Below, in pieces: positions 1 through 9,085 of a DNA stretch of 64,000 bases. Position numbers and translations under genes: made by a program. The DNA is from a bacterium (GTDB lineage Bacteria > UBA10199 > 2-02-FULL-44-16 > JAAZCA01), in assembly GCA_963674695.2 (NCBI GenBank), contig CAXXGI010000001.1:320001-384000 (forward strand), read 5' to 3'. The notes under the pieces are model-generated. The model did no database searches. It was not told the origin of the DNA and saw nothing but the letters and a program-made list of their open reading frames with translations. Position 1 is the first letter of the stretch; each line of letters begins with the position of its first letter.

Positions 1-1610
1 ACACCCGTCGCGGAACCGTTGAAGACATATGCCAACCCGGCCTGCCCCATGTCCCCGGGAGCACCGACGATGACGTCGTCGTACCCATCACCGTTGACGT
101 CGCCGGCAAAACCAACGGAGAAGCCCAACCACTTGTTATTGGGCCCCGTGATGCTCGCATTCGGTGTGCACGAACCGGAGAGATCACAGTCTGCGATCCC
201 GTTCGCCGAACCATGAAGAACATATGCCTGTCCATTAAAACTCGCCCCGGCCCTATATGCACCGATGATCACGTCGATGTACCCGTCGCCATTCACATCG
301 CCCGCCATATCAACCGAAATGCCGAAAAGACCCCCGGCGGAGGGACCGGTGAAGGTTGTGTCTGCCGTGCAGGTACCGGAGAGATCACAGTCGCTGATGC
401 CATCTGCCGCCCCAAGGAAGACGTACGTCTGGCCCGTACTGCTATCATGCCCCGATGCCCCCACGATGACATCATCATATCCATCGCCGTTGATGTCGCG
501 CGCATGGAGCGTGGTGAAGGTCGTCTCTGATCCCACCGCACTGGAGAGGTTCACCAGGGGCAGTTCCGCCGAATCCACCGTGATCGTGTACTGCGTGTTG
601 AAAGCGAAACGCTGCGTCGGCGTGAAGACCGTCGAGAGATAGTCGGCCGCCCATGCATAGGTTCCGGCAACCGCGGTCCCGTCCGGATCCGCAACCGTCA
701 CCGCTCCTTCAAACTCCGTGCGCTGCGCCTCTTCCGTCAGGGCCGTCGCCAGGGTATACTTGATCGTCGCCGACCGAGGAATGGGTAGGGTTCCATCGGT
801 CTCAAGCTCCGTACCGTCCTTGCGCACGAGTTTGGCCGATGAGATCACAACCGAACCGATCGTTGCGAAGGTCGCGGTGGTCGTGTCGAGCGCGCTCCCC
901 CCAGAAGTGGTAACGCCGCTGACGCTCGAGGTGTAACTGCTGCCCCTGCTGAGCGCATCGTGAACGCAGGTGGCCGTGCGCGTCGTGCTGTCGTAGGTCA
1001 CGCTGGTGCAGAGACTCTCGCCCGCGTTATCCGCCTTGAGCGTAAATGCCGTTGCCCAAGCGGCCGGTTCCGTAATGGCGCTGGCGAATACCGCTGTCAC
1101 CGCGGCATCGAGCGCCACTTCCGTAGCGCCGTCTGCGGGAGAGAGCGTTACGGCCGTGCCGGTCCCGGTCGTGAACTGGGCCATAAACCCCTCGAACGAC
1201 TCTCCAAAGCGATAGGAGATGCCATCGGTGAGACAGATCGTGTAATCGGTGTCGCCATCGAGGGCGTCGGTCGGACTCAGCGTGCAACTGAGCGCAGAAG
1301 AACAGTCCACCGCAGCACTCAGCGCGCTGTCCGGATCGCAGATCGAACCGTCGTATGCCGCCTTGACGGATGCCGCCGCGGCCAGCGCCGGCGTGGGCAT
1401 GATGAAGAAGGTCGAGGTCGTGACGGTCTGCTCCTGGACCATCTGAGAGAAGGTATATTCGAAGGTACTATCCGTGGCGACGGCCGTGGCTCCGTTGAGC
1501 GTATTCACACTCGTATCCCCCGTCGCCGCGCGATCGTGCCCGCCGCACCCTATCCCCAGCATCATTGAAAGCGACATCAGAATGGCTGCAACTCCAATAA
1601 AACGCTTCAT
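1..1610 (-). CDS. Lipoprotein with Ig-like (Big_5/SbsA-like) domains and FG-GAP/integrin-like repeats; runs off window start
   Basis: Not in ORF track (no stop in window). ATG at 1610 with AAGGGGGA RBS; MKRFIGVAAILMSLSMMLGIG-C lipobox; Thr/Ser/Ala-rich 'SPADGATEVALDAAVTAVF' Ig-like segments; repeated 'GD(V/I)NGDGY(D/I)DVI(V/I)GA' FG-GAP motifs at 1-500. Confidence 0.85.
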   Translation of the reverse strand, partial: MKRFIGVAAILMSLSMMLGIGCGGHDRAATGDTSVNTLNGATAVATDSTFEYTFSQMVQEQTVTTSTFFIMPTPALAAAASVKAAYDGSICDPDSALSAAVDCSSALSCTLSPTDALDGDTDYTICLTDGISYRFGESFEGFMAQFTTGTGTAVTLSPADGATEVALDAAVTAVFASAITEPAAWATAFTLKADNAGESLCTSVTYDSTTRTATCVHDALSRGSSYTSSVSGVTTSGGSALDTTTATFATIGSVVISSAKLVRKDGTELETDGTLPIPRSATIKYTLATALTEEAQRTEFEGAVTVADPDGTAVAGTYAWAADYLSTVFTPTQRFAFNTQYTITVDSAELPLVNLSSAVGSETTFTTLHARDINGDGYDDVIVGASGHDSSTGQTYVFLGAADGISDCDLSGTCTADTTFTGPSAGGLFGISVDMAGDVNGDGYIDVIIGAYRAGASFNGQAYVLHGSANGIADCDLSGSCTPNASITGPNNKWLGFSVGFAGDVNGDGYDDVIVGAPGDMGQAGLAYVFNGSATG

Positions 1611-1658
1611 ACGATCCCCCTTTTCTGAACATTGACAGGATTTTGATTGAACCCAAAA

Positions 1659-1687
1659 AAGCTACCTATTGATTCCGGCGAGGTCAA
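1659..1687 (-). promoter_or_regulatory. Putative sigma70 promoter of lipoprotein gene
   Basis: Minus strand TTGACC-N17-TAGCTT. Confidence 0.45.
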
Positions 1688-1786
1688 GCGTGTACCGCTG
1701 ATTCATCGAAAGGACGCTCATCCTGAGCCATCAGATTCCTCGACTTCCCCGGCATCAGACGATTCCGGAGCTGCCCGGAATGACAT

Positions 1787-2893
1787 CTACAACCCGCCAC
1801 CCATGCCGCGGACCTTGTTCACCGACGCCTCGATCTTCGGATAGAGTTTGACAGCGGTCGCGAATTCCTGCTCGGCGAGTTTATTGTCGCCGCGCTGCTT
1901 GGCTAATCTACCCAGCCAATAGTGCGCCGATGCGGGCCAGTACTTTCCGCCCTGCATCTTGATGAAGGCATTGAGTTCTTTCTCCGCCTCCGGATAGAGG
2001 GCGGGATCCTTCTTCAGCACGAGGGTGGCCCCGATAAAATAGTGCGGCTTTTTGAACGAACCATCGAGCGCCAGTATCGCGCGAAACTGAATGAGCGCAT
2101 CGTCAAAGCGTTTGAGCGCCACGAGCGCCTTGCCATAGATGAGCCGCAGGATGACGTTCTTCGGATAGCGCGTGACATACGTGTCAAGAATGGTGGCCGC
2201 CTTCTCATACCACTTCATCTCGAACGACATGATGGCGAGGTTGATCTCGGCGAGCGTCTTGGCAAAGCGCCCGCGCTGCGCCACCTGCTCGACGATGGCG
2301 ATCCCCTCGCGGCGTTTGTCGGGAAACATGCGCAGAAACCAGAGGTCCTGCGTGAAGACGGAGCGCCAGAAGAGATACATGCCCAGCCCGAAATCGGCGT
2401 CGATGAAACCAGGGTCGATCTCTTTGACGTGTTTGAATATCTGGCGCGACTTGTTGCCCGCGGTATAGGCCGCCCACCACTGGTCGCGCCGCGCCTTGTT
2501 GAACCCATCGAGGCCGAGGACCGAACCGCAGAGAAAGAGTTCCCAGGGCGAGGGATTGTAACGCTGCTGCACGCGCGCCACGATCGCGATCGCACGGTCG
2601 GCCTCGGCGCGAAAGACCTTCTGCTGGCTGAAGTCCTCGCGCTCGAGCATCTGGATTTCATAGGTCGCCATCGTGCCGAAGTATCCCACGGGCGATTCGG
2701 GATAATCGCGTTTGAGTTCAGAAAAGAGTTTGAGCGCCGCATCGTAGTCGCTCGCGAAGATGAGATGCTGCCCCTGCAGGGCCCGCGCCTCCTGATCGGC
2801 ACGCACATCCTCAGCCGTCTTGGCCCAGGCTGAGCTTGAGAGAAGGACCGTAACGAGGAAGACAATCAACACCTGCACCCTGAACACCGCCAT
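1787..2893 (-). CDS. Exported tetratricopeptide-repeat protein
   Basis: Signal peptide ending SSAWA; helical TPR patterns (AHYWLGRLA, ADFGLGMY, YPESPVGYF); GGAG RBS before ATG 2893. Confidence 0.8.
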   Translation of the reverse strand: MAVFRVQVLIVFLVTVLLSSSAWAKTAEDVRADQEARALQGQHLIFASDYDAALKLFSELKRDYPESPVGYFGTMATYEIQMLEREDFSQQKVFRAEADRAIAIVARVQQRYNPSPWELFLCGSVLGLDGFNKARRDQWWAAYTAGNKSRQIFKHVKEIDPGFIDADFGLGMYLFWRSVFTQDLWFLRMFPDKRREGIAIVEQVAQRGRFAKTLAEINLAIMSFEMKWYEKAATILDTYVTRYPKNVILRLIYGKALVALKRFDDALIQFRAILALDGSFKKPHYFIGATLVLKKDPALYPEAEKELNAFIKMQGGKYWPASAHYWLGRLAKQRGDNKLAEQEFATAVKLYPKIEASVNKVRGMGGGL

Positions 2894-2902
2894 CGACACT
2901 CC

Positions 2903-2928
2903 ACCGTTCACCGTTCACCGTTCACCGT
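2903..2928. repeat. Heptamer tandem repeat (ACCGTTC)x3.7
   Basis: accgttc accgttc accgttc accgt directly upstream of the TPR gene RBS. Confidence 0.85.
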
Positions 2929-3030
2929 AAAGGCCTCAAAAGGACCTGAGAAGTCAATGGCTTTAGCCAATCGCCACGGATGCTGCATTCCCGTTGAATG
3001 TGCGGCGACAATCGGCTAGAGTCCTCGGCC

Positions 3031-4593
3031 ATGCAGCGCTCGCCCGTGTCCAACACCGCACCTTCCTTTATCCTCACCACCGAACGACCGGAGTTGGCCC
3101 AACGCATCCGCGCCACGCTCGAACACGTCTATCCAGGATTGGCGATCGAGCAGACCGACGATCCCAAGTCGGTCGCGGGCATGAACGCCTCCTTGGCGCT
3201 CGTCGACACCGACTTCGTTTCCGGGGCCGCACTCGACCACCTCATGGGGACGCTGCCGGAGATGCCCGCCATCCTGTTGGTGGATGGGCTCGAAGCGATC
3301 CGACCGCTCAAGCACCTGCTCGTCAGCCGACGCAGCATGGTGACGGCCGATGATCTCGATGGCATGGGGCTGATTCAGGCGGTGCACCACCTGTTGGAAC
3401 GCCAGCAGCTCCACGATCAACTGCAGAAGGCCGCGCGCCATATCCAGAAGCTCGCGGTGAGGGATGACCTGACGCGCCTCTATAACCATCGACAGTTCAC
3501 CGAGATGCTCACGAATGAAGTCAAGAAGGCCACGCGGTATGCACGACCGCTGGCCCTGCTGATCGTCTCGATCAAGAACCTCTCCGAGATCAACAAGGCG
3601 CGGGGGCACACCGAAGGGGATCGCGTCCTCTCGAAGGCCTCCGACATCATCCGAGCCCTCGTGCGCGAAGTGGACATCCCCACGCGCTATGGCGACAACG
3701 AGTTCGGCATCATCCTGCCCGAGACGGAGGAGGCCGCCGCGATGGTCGTCGCCCGGCGTATCACCGAGGCGTTGGGCGCTATCACGATCGAGAGCGAGCG
3801 CGGACCGATGGCGCTCACCATCAGCACCGGCATCGCGGCCCTCTCCGAACGCGTGAATACGCGCGACGAACTGCTGCGCATGGCCATCGGCGCCCTCATG
3901 GAGGCCAAGCGCAACCCGGGCAGCCGGCAGTGCACCTCCCACGAACTGACCCAGCACGCCCAGGAGATGGTCATCGACCGCGCGCTCATCGAACGCTTGA
4001 GCCAGCGATGCGAAAAGCTGAGCACCAATACGCAGCGCGCCTATTTTCAGTCGGTGATGAAGGCGATCGGCGCATGCGAACGCTTTAAGCTCATTGCCGC
4101 GCATGCCGAGCGAACGGCGTTTTTCGCCAAACGCCTTGCGGAGAGCCTCGGCGCCGACACCGATGAAGCGCAGGTCCTCTATCGCGCGGGACTCCTGCAT
4201 GACATCGGGATGCTGGCCATCGATGAAGAGATCTTTGCGAAATCCGAAGCGCTCAGCCCGACCGAACGCGACGCCATCGAAGAACATCCGGGGCTGGCCC
4301 TCCAGATCATCGGCGACAGTCCGATGCTGACCCGGGAGTTGGCGGCGATTGCCCATCATCATGAACGTTTCGACGGCACCGGCTATCCGGAAGGGCTCGC
4401 CGGCAACGCCATCCCACGCTCCTCACAGATCCTGGCCATCGCCGAGGCCTGGGATGCGATGACATCGGTCCAACCCTTCCGCCGCGAGCCGCTTCCCTTG
4501 AATACCGCGCTCGAAGAGCTCACCCGAAACGCCGGTACGCAGTTCGATCCTCAGCTGGTCACGGCATTTACGAAGCTGGTGGCGGGCTCCTGA
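3031..4593 (+). CDS. Receiver-like + degenerate GGDEF + HD-GYP c-di-GMP signalling protein
   Basis: DDLTRLYN...GHTEGD...RYGDNEF (GGDEF site degenerate); LLHDIG, HHERFDGTGYP, AEAWDAMTS; start moved to ATG 3031 (TTGAAT-N17-TAGAGT immediately upstream). Confidence 0.9.
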   Translation: MQRSPVSNTAPSFILTTERPELAQRIRATLEHVYPGLAIEQTDDPKSVAGMNASLALVDTDFVSGAALDHLMGTLPEMPAILLVDGLEAIRPLKHLLVSRRSMVTADDLDGMGLIQAVHHLLERQQLHDQLQKAARHIQKLAVRDDLTRLYNHRQFTEMLTNEVKKATRYARPLALLIVSIKNLSEINKARGHTEGDRVLSKASDIIRALVREVDIPTRYGDNEFGIILPETEEAAAMVVARRITEALGAITIESERGPMALTISTGIAALSERVNTRDELLRMAIGALMEAKRNPGSRQCTSHELTQHAQEMVIDRALIERLSQRCEKLSTNTQRAYFQSVMKAIGACERFKLIAAHAERTAFFAKRLAESLGADTDEAQVLYRAGLLHDIGMLAIDEEIFAKSEALSPTERDAIEEHPGLALQIIGDSPMLTRELAAIAHHHERFDGTGYPEGLAGNAIPRSSQILAIAEAWDAMTSVQPFRREPLPLNTALEELTRNAGTQFDPQLVTAFTKLVAGS

Positions 4594-4594
4594 A

Positions 4595-4623
4595 TTGACA
4601 GACCGCCGCCTGCGGCGTATAAT
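4595..4623 (+). promoter_or_regulatory. Consensus sigma70 promoter of ftsK
   Basis: TTGACA-N17-TATAAT, perfect consensus. Confidence 0.85.
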
Positions 4624-4693
4624 CCGAAATATTTTACATTCTGAGTACTTACCTTCTCCCGCGACACGCGTCGCATAAGTACCATTCGAACCC

Positions 4694-7114
4694 ATGCCCC
4701 GAAACACGACCCATCATCGCATCGACTTCAGCCGAGACATCTTCGCCATCCTGTTTTTGGCGATGGGCGTCTTCGTCGCGCTCTGCCTCATCTCCTACAG
4801 CCCGACCGATCCAGCGCTCAACTCCGTCTCCAACGTCGAACACGTGCGCAACTTCGGCGGTGTGGTCGGCGCGTATCTCGCCGACATCCTCTTCATCATC
4901 TTCGGCATCAGCGCCTATGCGACGGCCGTCGTGCTCATCGTGATGAGCATCATGCAGTTTATCGGCCGCCCCATTGCCCTCCGACTGCGCCAAATCCTCT
5001 TCATCTGCGGCGTGATCGTCTTTGCTTCAGCGCTCATCCACCTGCGATTCGAGTCGGTGACGATCCGCGGTCACGCCCTCAGCGGCGGCGGTATCATCGG
5101 CGGGCTGATGGGCGACATCCTGGCGCGCTACCTCAACCGCCCCGGCGCCTATGTCATTGCGGTTTCGGGACTGGTGCTCTTCTTCACGCTCGCCACGCAG
5201 CTGACCCCGCGCGACATGCTCGTCGGCATCCATCGCGGAACCATCTGGTTCGGACGCAATCTCTTCAACGGGCTCGCGATCTTCGGACGCGCGATGGGGC
5301 AGACGACCGTGCGCGTCGCACGCGAGCTGCGGGCAAGAATTCCCACGCTGATGGCCGCCCTGCGCCGCATCCTCACCTTCAAACGCGAACGCGTGCGCCC
5401 GCCGAAGGCGGAGGCCACGGTCATGCTCGATCCGGTGCGCAGACAGACCGCTTCGCGCGAGAAGTCGGAGACGCGGGTCCACCTCGAACCGATTCGGAAG
5501 ACATCGGCCGCACCGCTCGCGACCAAGACGACTCCCGCAACAGCAGCAGCAAGCACCGAAGCCGACGGTCCCCGCATCCTCAAGCGTGCGGATACCAAGG
5601 CGCGACGCGCGTCCGATGAACAGCTGAAATTTCACATGACCGCTGAAGGGTATGAGCCGCCGCCGCTGTCGCTGCTCGATGCCGATGAACGCACGCGCAC
5701 CGAGGTGGATGAGGAGACGCTCAAGAAGAACTCGCTCCTACTCGAGCGCAAGCTCCTCGATTTCGGCGTAGAGGGTTCGGTGACGGCCATCCATCCGGGG
5801 CCGGTCATCACGATGTATGAGTTCGAACCGAAGGCCGGCACGAAGGTGAGCAAGATCTCCGGTCTGCAGGACGACCTCTCGCTCGCACTCGGCGGACGCA
5901 GCGTGCGCATCGTCGGACACCTTCCGGGCAAGGCCGCTGTGGGCGTTGAAATCCCCAACAGCGAACGCGAAACGGTCTGGCTCAAGGACATGATCGCTTC
6001 AGCCCCCTTTCACAAGACGAACTCCAAGCTTCCGATTCCGCTCGGCTCATCGGCCGCTGGACATCCGATGGTCGTCGACCTGACCAAGATGCCGCACCTG
6101 CTGGTGGCGGGCGCCACCGGGTCGGGAAAGAGCGTGGGGATCAACAGCTTCATCATCAGCATCCTCTACAAATCGGCGCCGGCCGATGTGCGCTTCTTGC
6201 TCGTCGATCCCAAGATGCTGGAGCTCTCCGTCTATGACGGCATCCCGCACCTGCTCTTGCCGGTGGTGACCAAGCCCAAGGAGGCGGTCAAGGCGATGCG
6301 CTGGGCGCTGCGCGAGATGGAAGAACGCTATCGCCGCATGGCCAACAGCGGCACGCGCAACATCATGGGCTACAACGAGAAGATCGCCAAGGGGATGTTG
6401 GAACTCGTCACCGAAGCGGAGGCGCTCGAGATCAAGGCAACCGATCGCGAGCGCGTCGTGCATACGGGCAAACTCCCCTACATCGTCATCATCATCGACG
6501 AGCTGGCCGATCTCATGATGACCGCCAGCCAGGAGATGGAAGAGTCGATCACGCGACTCGCCCAGATGGCGCGCGCCGCGGGCATCCATCTGATTTTGGC
6601 AACCCAGCGGCCGAGCGTGGATGTCATCACGGGGCTGATCAAGGCCAACTTCCCCGCGCGCATCGCCTTCAAGGTGACCGCACGCCATGACTCGCGCACG
6701 ATCCTCGACCACATCGGTGCCGAGACGCTGCTCGGTCATGGCGACATGCTCTTCATGTCGCCGCAGGGCGGAAACATGATGCGCGCACACGGTCCACTCG
6801 TGACCGATTCGGATATCTCGCGCGTGGTCGAACACCTCAAGGCGCAGGGTGCGCCCGTCTACAACGAGGAGATCCTCAAGGAGCCGGAGAATGCGCCCGG
6901 TGCCGGAGGCTCAGAAGGCGAAGAGGACGAGATGTACGATCAGGCGGTGAAACTCGTCGCGGAAACGAAGCAGGCCTCCATCTCCATGGTGCAGCGACGG
7001 ATGCGCATCGGCTACAACCGGGCCGCTCGCATGATCGAACGCATGGAGGCCGAGGGCGTAGTCGGTCCTCCCGAGGGCAGTAAGCCGAGGCAGGTGTTGA
7101 TCAATGAGATCTGA
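4694..7114 (+). CDS. ftsK: DNA translocase FtsK
   Basis: N-terminal TM domain, MPHLLVAGATGSGKS, IDELADLMM, ATQRPSVDV, gamma domain QRRMRIGYNRAAR. Confidence 0.98.
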   Translation: MPRNTTHHRIDFSRDIFAILFLAMGVFVALCLISYSPTDPALNSVSNVEHVRNFGGVVGAYLADILFIIFGISAYATAVVLIVMSIMQFIGRPIALRLRQILFICGVIVFASALIHLRFESVTIRGHALSGGGIIGGLMGDILARYLNRPGAYVIAVSGLVLFFTLATQLTPRDMLVGIHRGTIWFGRNLFNGLAIFGRAMGQTTVRVARELRARIPTLMAALRRILTFKRERVRPPKAEATVMLDPVRRQTASREKSETRVHLEPIRKTSAAPLATKTTPATAAASTEADGPRILKRADTKARRASDEQLKFHMTAEGYEPPPLSLLDADERTRTEVDEETLKKNSLLLERKLLDFGVEGSVTAIHPGPVITMYEFEPKAGTKVSKISGLQDDLSLALGGRSVRIVGHLPGKAAVGVEIPNSERETVWLKDMIASAPFHKTNSKLPIPLGSSAAGHPMVVDLTKMPHLLVAGATGSGKSVGINSFIISILYKSAPADVRFLLVDPKMLELSVYDGIPHLLLPVVTKPKEAVKAMRWALREMEERYRRMANSGTRNIMGYNEKIAKGMLELVTEAEALEIKATDRERVVHTGKLPYIVIIIDELADLMMTASQEMEESITRLAQMARAAGIHLILATQRPSVDVITGLIKANFPARIAFKVTARHDSRTILDHIGAETLLGHGDMLFMSPQGGNMMRAHGPLVTDSDISRVVEHLKAQGAPVYNEEILKEPENAPGAGGSEGEEDEMYDQAVKLVAETKQASISMVQRRMRIGYNRAARMIERMEAEGVVGPPEGSKPRQVLINEI

Positions 7115-7121
7115 GGATGAC

Positions 7122-7874
7122 ATGTTTGGTACAAACGCTCTTGTCTGTCATTCTGAGCGAAGCGAAGAATCCCCTGTCTCTACTGTTTGCACGGGATTCT
7201 TCGCTCTACTCAGAATGACAAAACTATCCCTGTCGGTGCTCATCATCTTATTCATCGGAATAAATGCTCACGCCGGAAAACCGACTGCATTGAACAAAGA
7301 GATCCAAACGGTCGAAAAGGCCTATCAAAAGACGAACGACCTCTCCGCAACGTTTGTGCAGACGACGAACGTCGCGCTGCTGGACAAGACCGTCACGAAG
7401 AAGGGGACGTTTCGCTTCAAGAAGGGCGGGCGGTTTCGCATCGAATACGAGGGACGCGACGGAAAGCACTACGTCTCCGATGGCACCACGCTCTGGGTCT
7501 TCATTCCGGGCGATGCGGCAAGCCTTCAGACGTTTGCGGTGGACGACCGCAATGTCCCGCGCGAGGTGCTCTCGTTTCTCGATGGGTTCGGCCGACTCCG
7601 CAAAGAGTTTCAGGTGAGCGCGTCCGTCGCCTTCCCCGAAGCCAAGTCGGATGAACCGGCGCTGCACCTGAAGCCCAAGAAGAGTTCGCCGCATTTCGAA
7701 TCGCTCGACGCCCTCTTTCGTGCCGACGGTCTGCTCGTCGAACTCATCATCCACAACAGCTCGGGCAACGTGAGTCGCTATCGGTTTTCGGATATCCGGA
7801 CAAACCAGTCGCTGCCCGACCGACTCTTCTCGCTGTCGAAGGGGAAGGCCACACCCGACACCATTCCAGAATAA
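7122..7874 (+). CDS. lolA: Outer-membrane lipoprotein carrier LolA (start 7122 or 7215)
   Basis: Directly after ftsK (conserved order); signal peptide ending AHA; SATFVQT, G.FRIEY, VSDGTTLW, F.DIRTN..LPD.LF motifs. Confidence 0.85.
   Translation: MFGTNALVCHSERSEESPVSTVCTGFFALLRMTKLSLSVLIILFIGINAHAGKPTALNKEIQTVEKAYQKTNDLSATFVQTTNVALLDKTVTKKGTFRFKKGGRFRIEYEGRDGKHYVSDGTTLWVFIPGDAASLQTFAVDDRNVPREVLSFLDGFGRLRKEFQVSASVAFPEAKSDEPALHLKPKKSSPHFESLDALFRADGLLVELIIHNSSGNVSRYRFSDIRTNQSLPDRLFSLSKGKATPDTIPE
7146..7220. repeat. REP-like palindrome (GTCATTCTGAGCGAAGCGAAGAATC type) in 5' end of lolA
   Basis: TGTCATTCTGAGCGAAGCGAAGAATCCC...GGGATTCTTCGCTCTACTCAGAATGACA inverted repeat. Confidence 0.85.
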
Positions 7875-7946
7875 TTCCTTATATATTCATCAGTTGCAAG
7901 CCTCCCTCGCGGGGGCCGTTTTCCGCTCTCGCCTCAAAAAATATGC

Positions 7947-7973
7947 GCAACTTTTTCCCTGAATGTGCGACAA
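7947..7973 (+). promoter_or_regulatory. Recurrent sigma28-like motif, copy 1
   Basis: GCAACTT-N13-GCGACAA, 15 nt before ATG 7989. Confidence 0.65.
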
Positions 7974-7988
7974 GGGGAGTGGAGGGTT

Positions 7989-8948
7989 ATGGGAAATCTC
8001 ACCTGCACCAACGATGCTCGAACAGAACGACTCGCCGCGACGCTCGAGAGGGAGCATGCGGTTTCACGCCAAGCGATGGATGCGGGCGCACCGCGCCTTC
8101 ACATCGCCGACAACGGCAGCGCCATCAGCACCGAATGGATTGACGCCGGCGATGGGTGTTCGACCTATCAGGAAGTGCTGGGCCCCACCATCGACATCGC
8201 TACACGTAAAGCCCTCTTCGCTGGAGATATCGCGCTGCTTCAAACCCTGAAGAATGAGCATGGCCTCACCCTTCCCTGGATCATTCCGAACTCGGACACC
8301 GGCGAGATCCTCAACCAGGAGACCTGGACCGCCATCGCCCTCCAGGCCGAAGCGATCGCCCTGTCGGTCATCGACTCCGGCCTTGCCGTCGGCTCGTCGG
8401 AGTACCGACTCGAGTTGGGAAAACGACTCTTCGAAACCTTCATGCCCATCGAAGAACTGCGCATCGGAGGCATCGATCCACAGATGGGCGCCTTCCGACT
8501 CTATACGGCCTGCCTTGCCGCCGGGCTCCCCGCTCATTTCGTCTTCGTGCCCAATGGCCCGCGCGGAGCAAGCCTTTCCACGCACGTCGCGCTGGCCATC
8601 GAACTCGACGCCGACAGCGAGATCATCGCCGATCCGGCCTGGGGCGTCTTCGGGCTGTCAGGGCTGGAAACGATTCCGATCACATCGTTGCAGGCGATCT
8701 CGCGCTATGAAACCCATCGCGCGCTGATGTCGAAGAAGGACTCGCTCAAACGACTGGAACGCGCAATCACATGCGATCCGTTCAACGCCTCTGCCCACGC
8801 CTATCAGATGCACGCCGCCGTCGACAGCATCACCGATCCGCTCTGGCCCTTTCGCCGCCTCCATCGCTGGCAGATACAGTCCGACCGTGCCTTCTTCGAC
8901 GATCCAGACGCCGCACCGAAGGATGTCCCCGCCCCATTTGTTCGTTAA
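7989..8948 (+). CDS. Orphan with degenerate transglutaminase-like region and TPR-like helices
   Basis: GGAGG RBS before ATG 7989; LYTACLAAGLPA..V..., THVALAI, IADPAWG resemble the His/Asp part of the 61420 protein; no obvious catalytic Cys. Confidence 0.6.
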   Translation: MGNLTCTNDARTERLAATLEREHAVSRQAMDAGAPRLHIADNGSAISTEWIDAGDGCSTYQEVLGPTIDIATRKALFAGDIALLQTLKNEHGLTLPWIIPNSDTGEILNQETWTAIALQAEAIALSVIDSGLAVGSSEYRLELGKRLFETFMPIEELRIGGIDPQMGAFRLYTACLAAGLPAHFVFVPNGPRGASLSTHVALAIELDADSEIIADPAWGVFGLSGLETIPITSLQAISRYETHRALMSKKDSLKRLERAITCDPFNASAHAYQMHAAVDSITDPLWPFRRLHRWQIQSDRAFFDDPDAAPKDVPAPFVR

Positions 8949-8949
8949 C

Positions 8950-9084
8950 GAGAACCTGTCGGAAAAAGGGTTTTTGTTGTCATTCCCGCGAAGGCGGGAA
9001 TCTCGAAGTACTTGAATAATCGAGATTCCCGCTTTCGCGGGAATGACAACAATCGGTAAAATCGTCATTTCCCGACAGACTCTC
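8950..9084. mobile_element. MITE-like element carrying a dRS3/REP-like palindrome
   Basis: Outer imperfect IR GAGAACCTGTCGGAAAA / TTTCCCGACAGACTCTC; inner TTGTCATTCCCGCGAAGGCGGGAATC...GATTCCCGCTTTCGCGGGAATGACAA (8977-9049); between convergent genes. Confidence 0.65.
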
Positions 9085-9085
9085 A

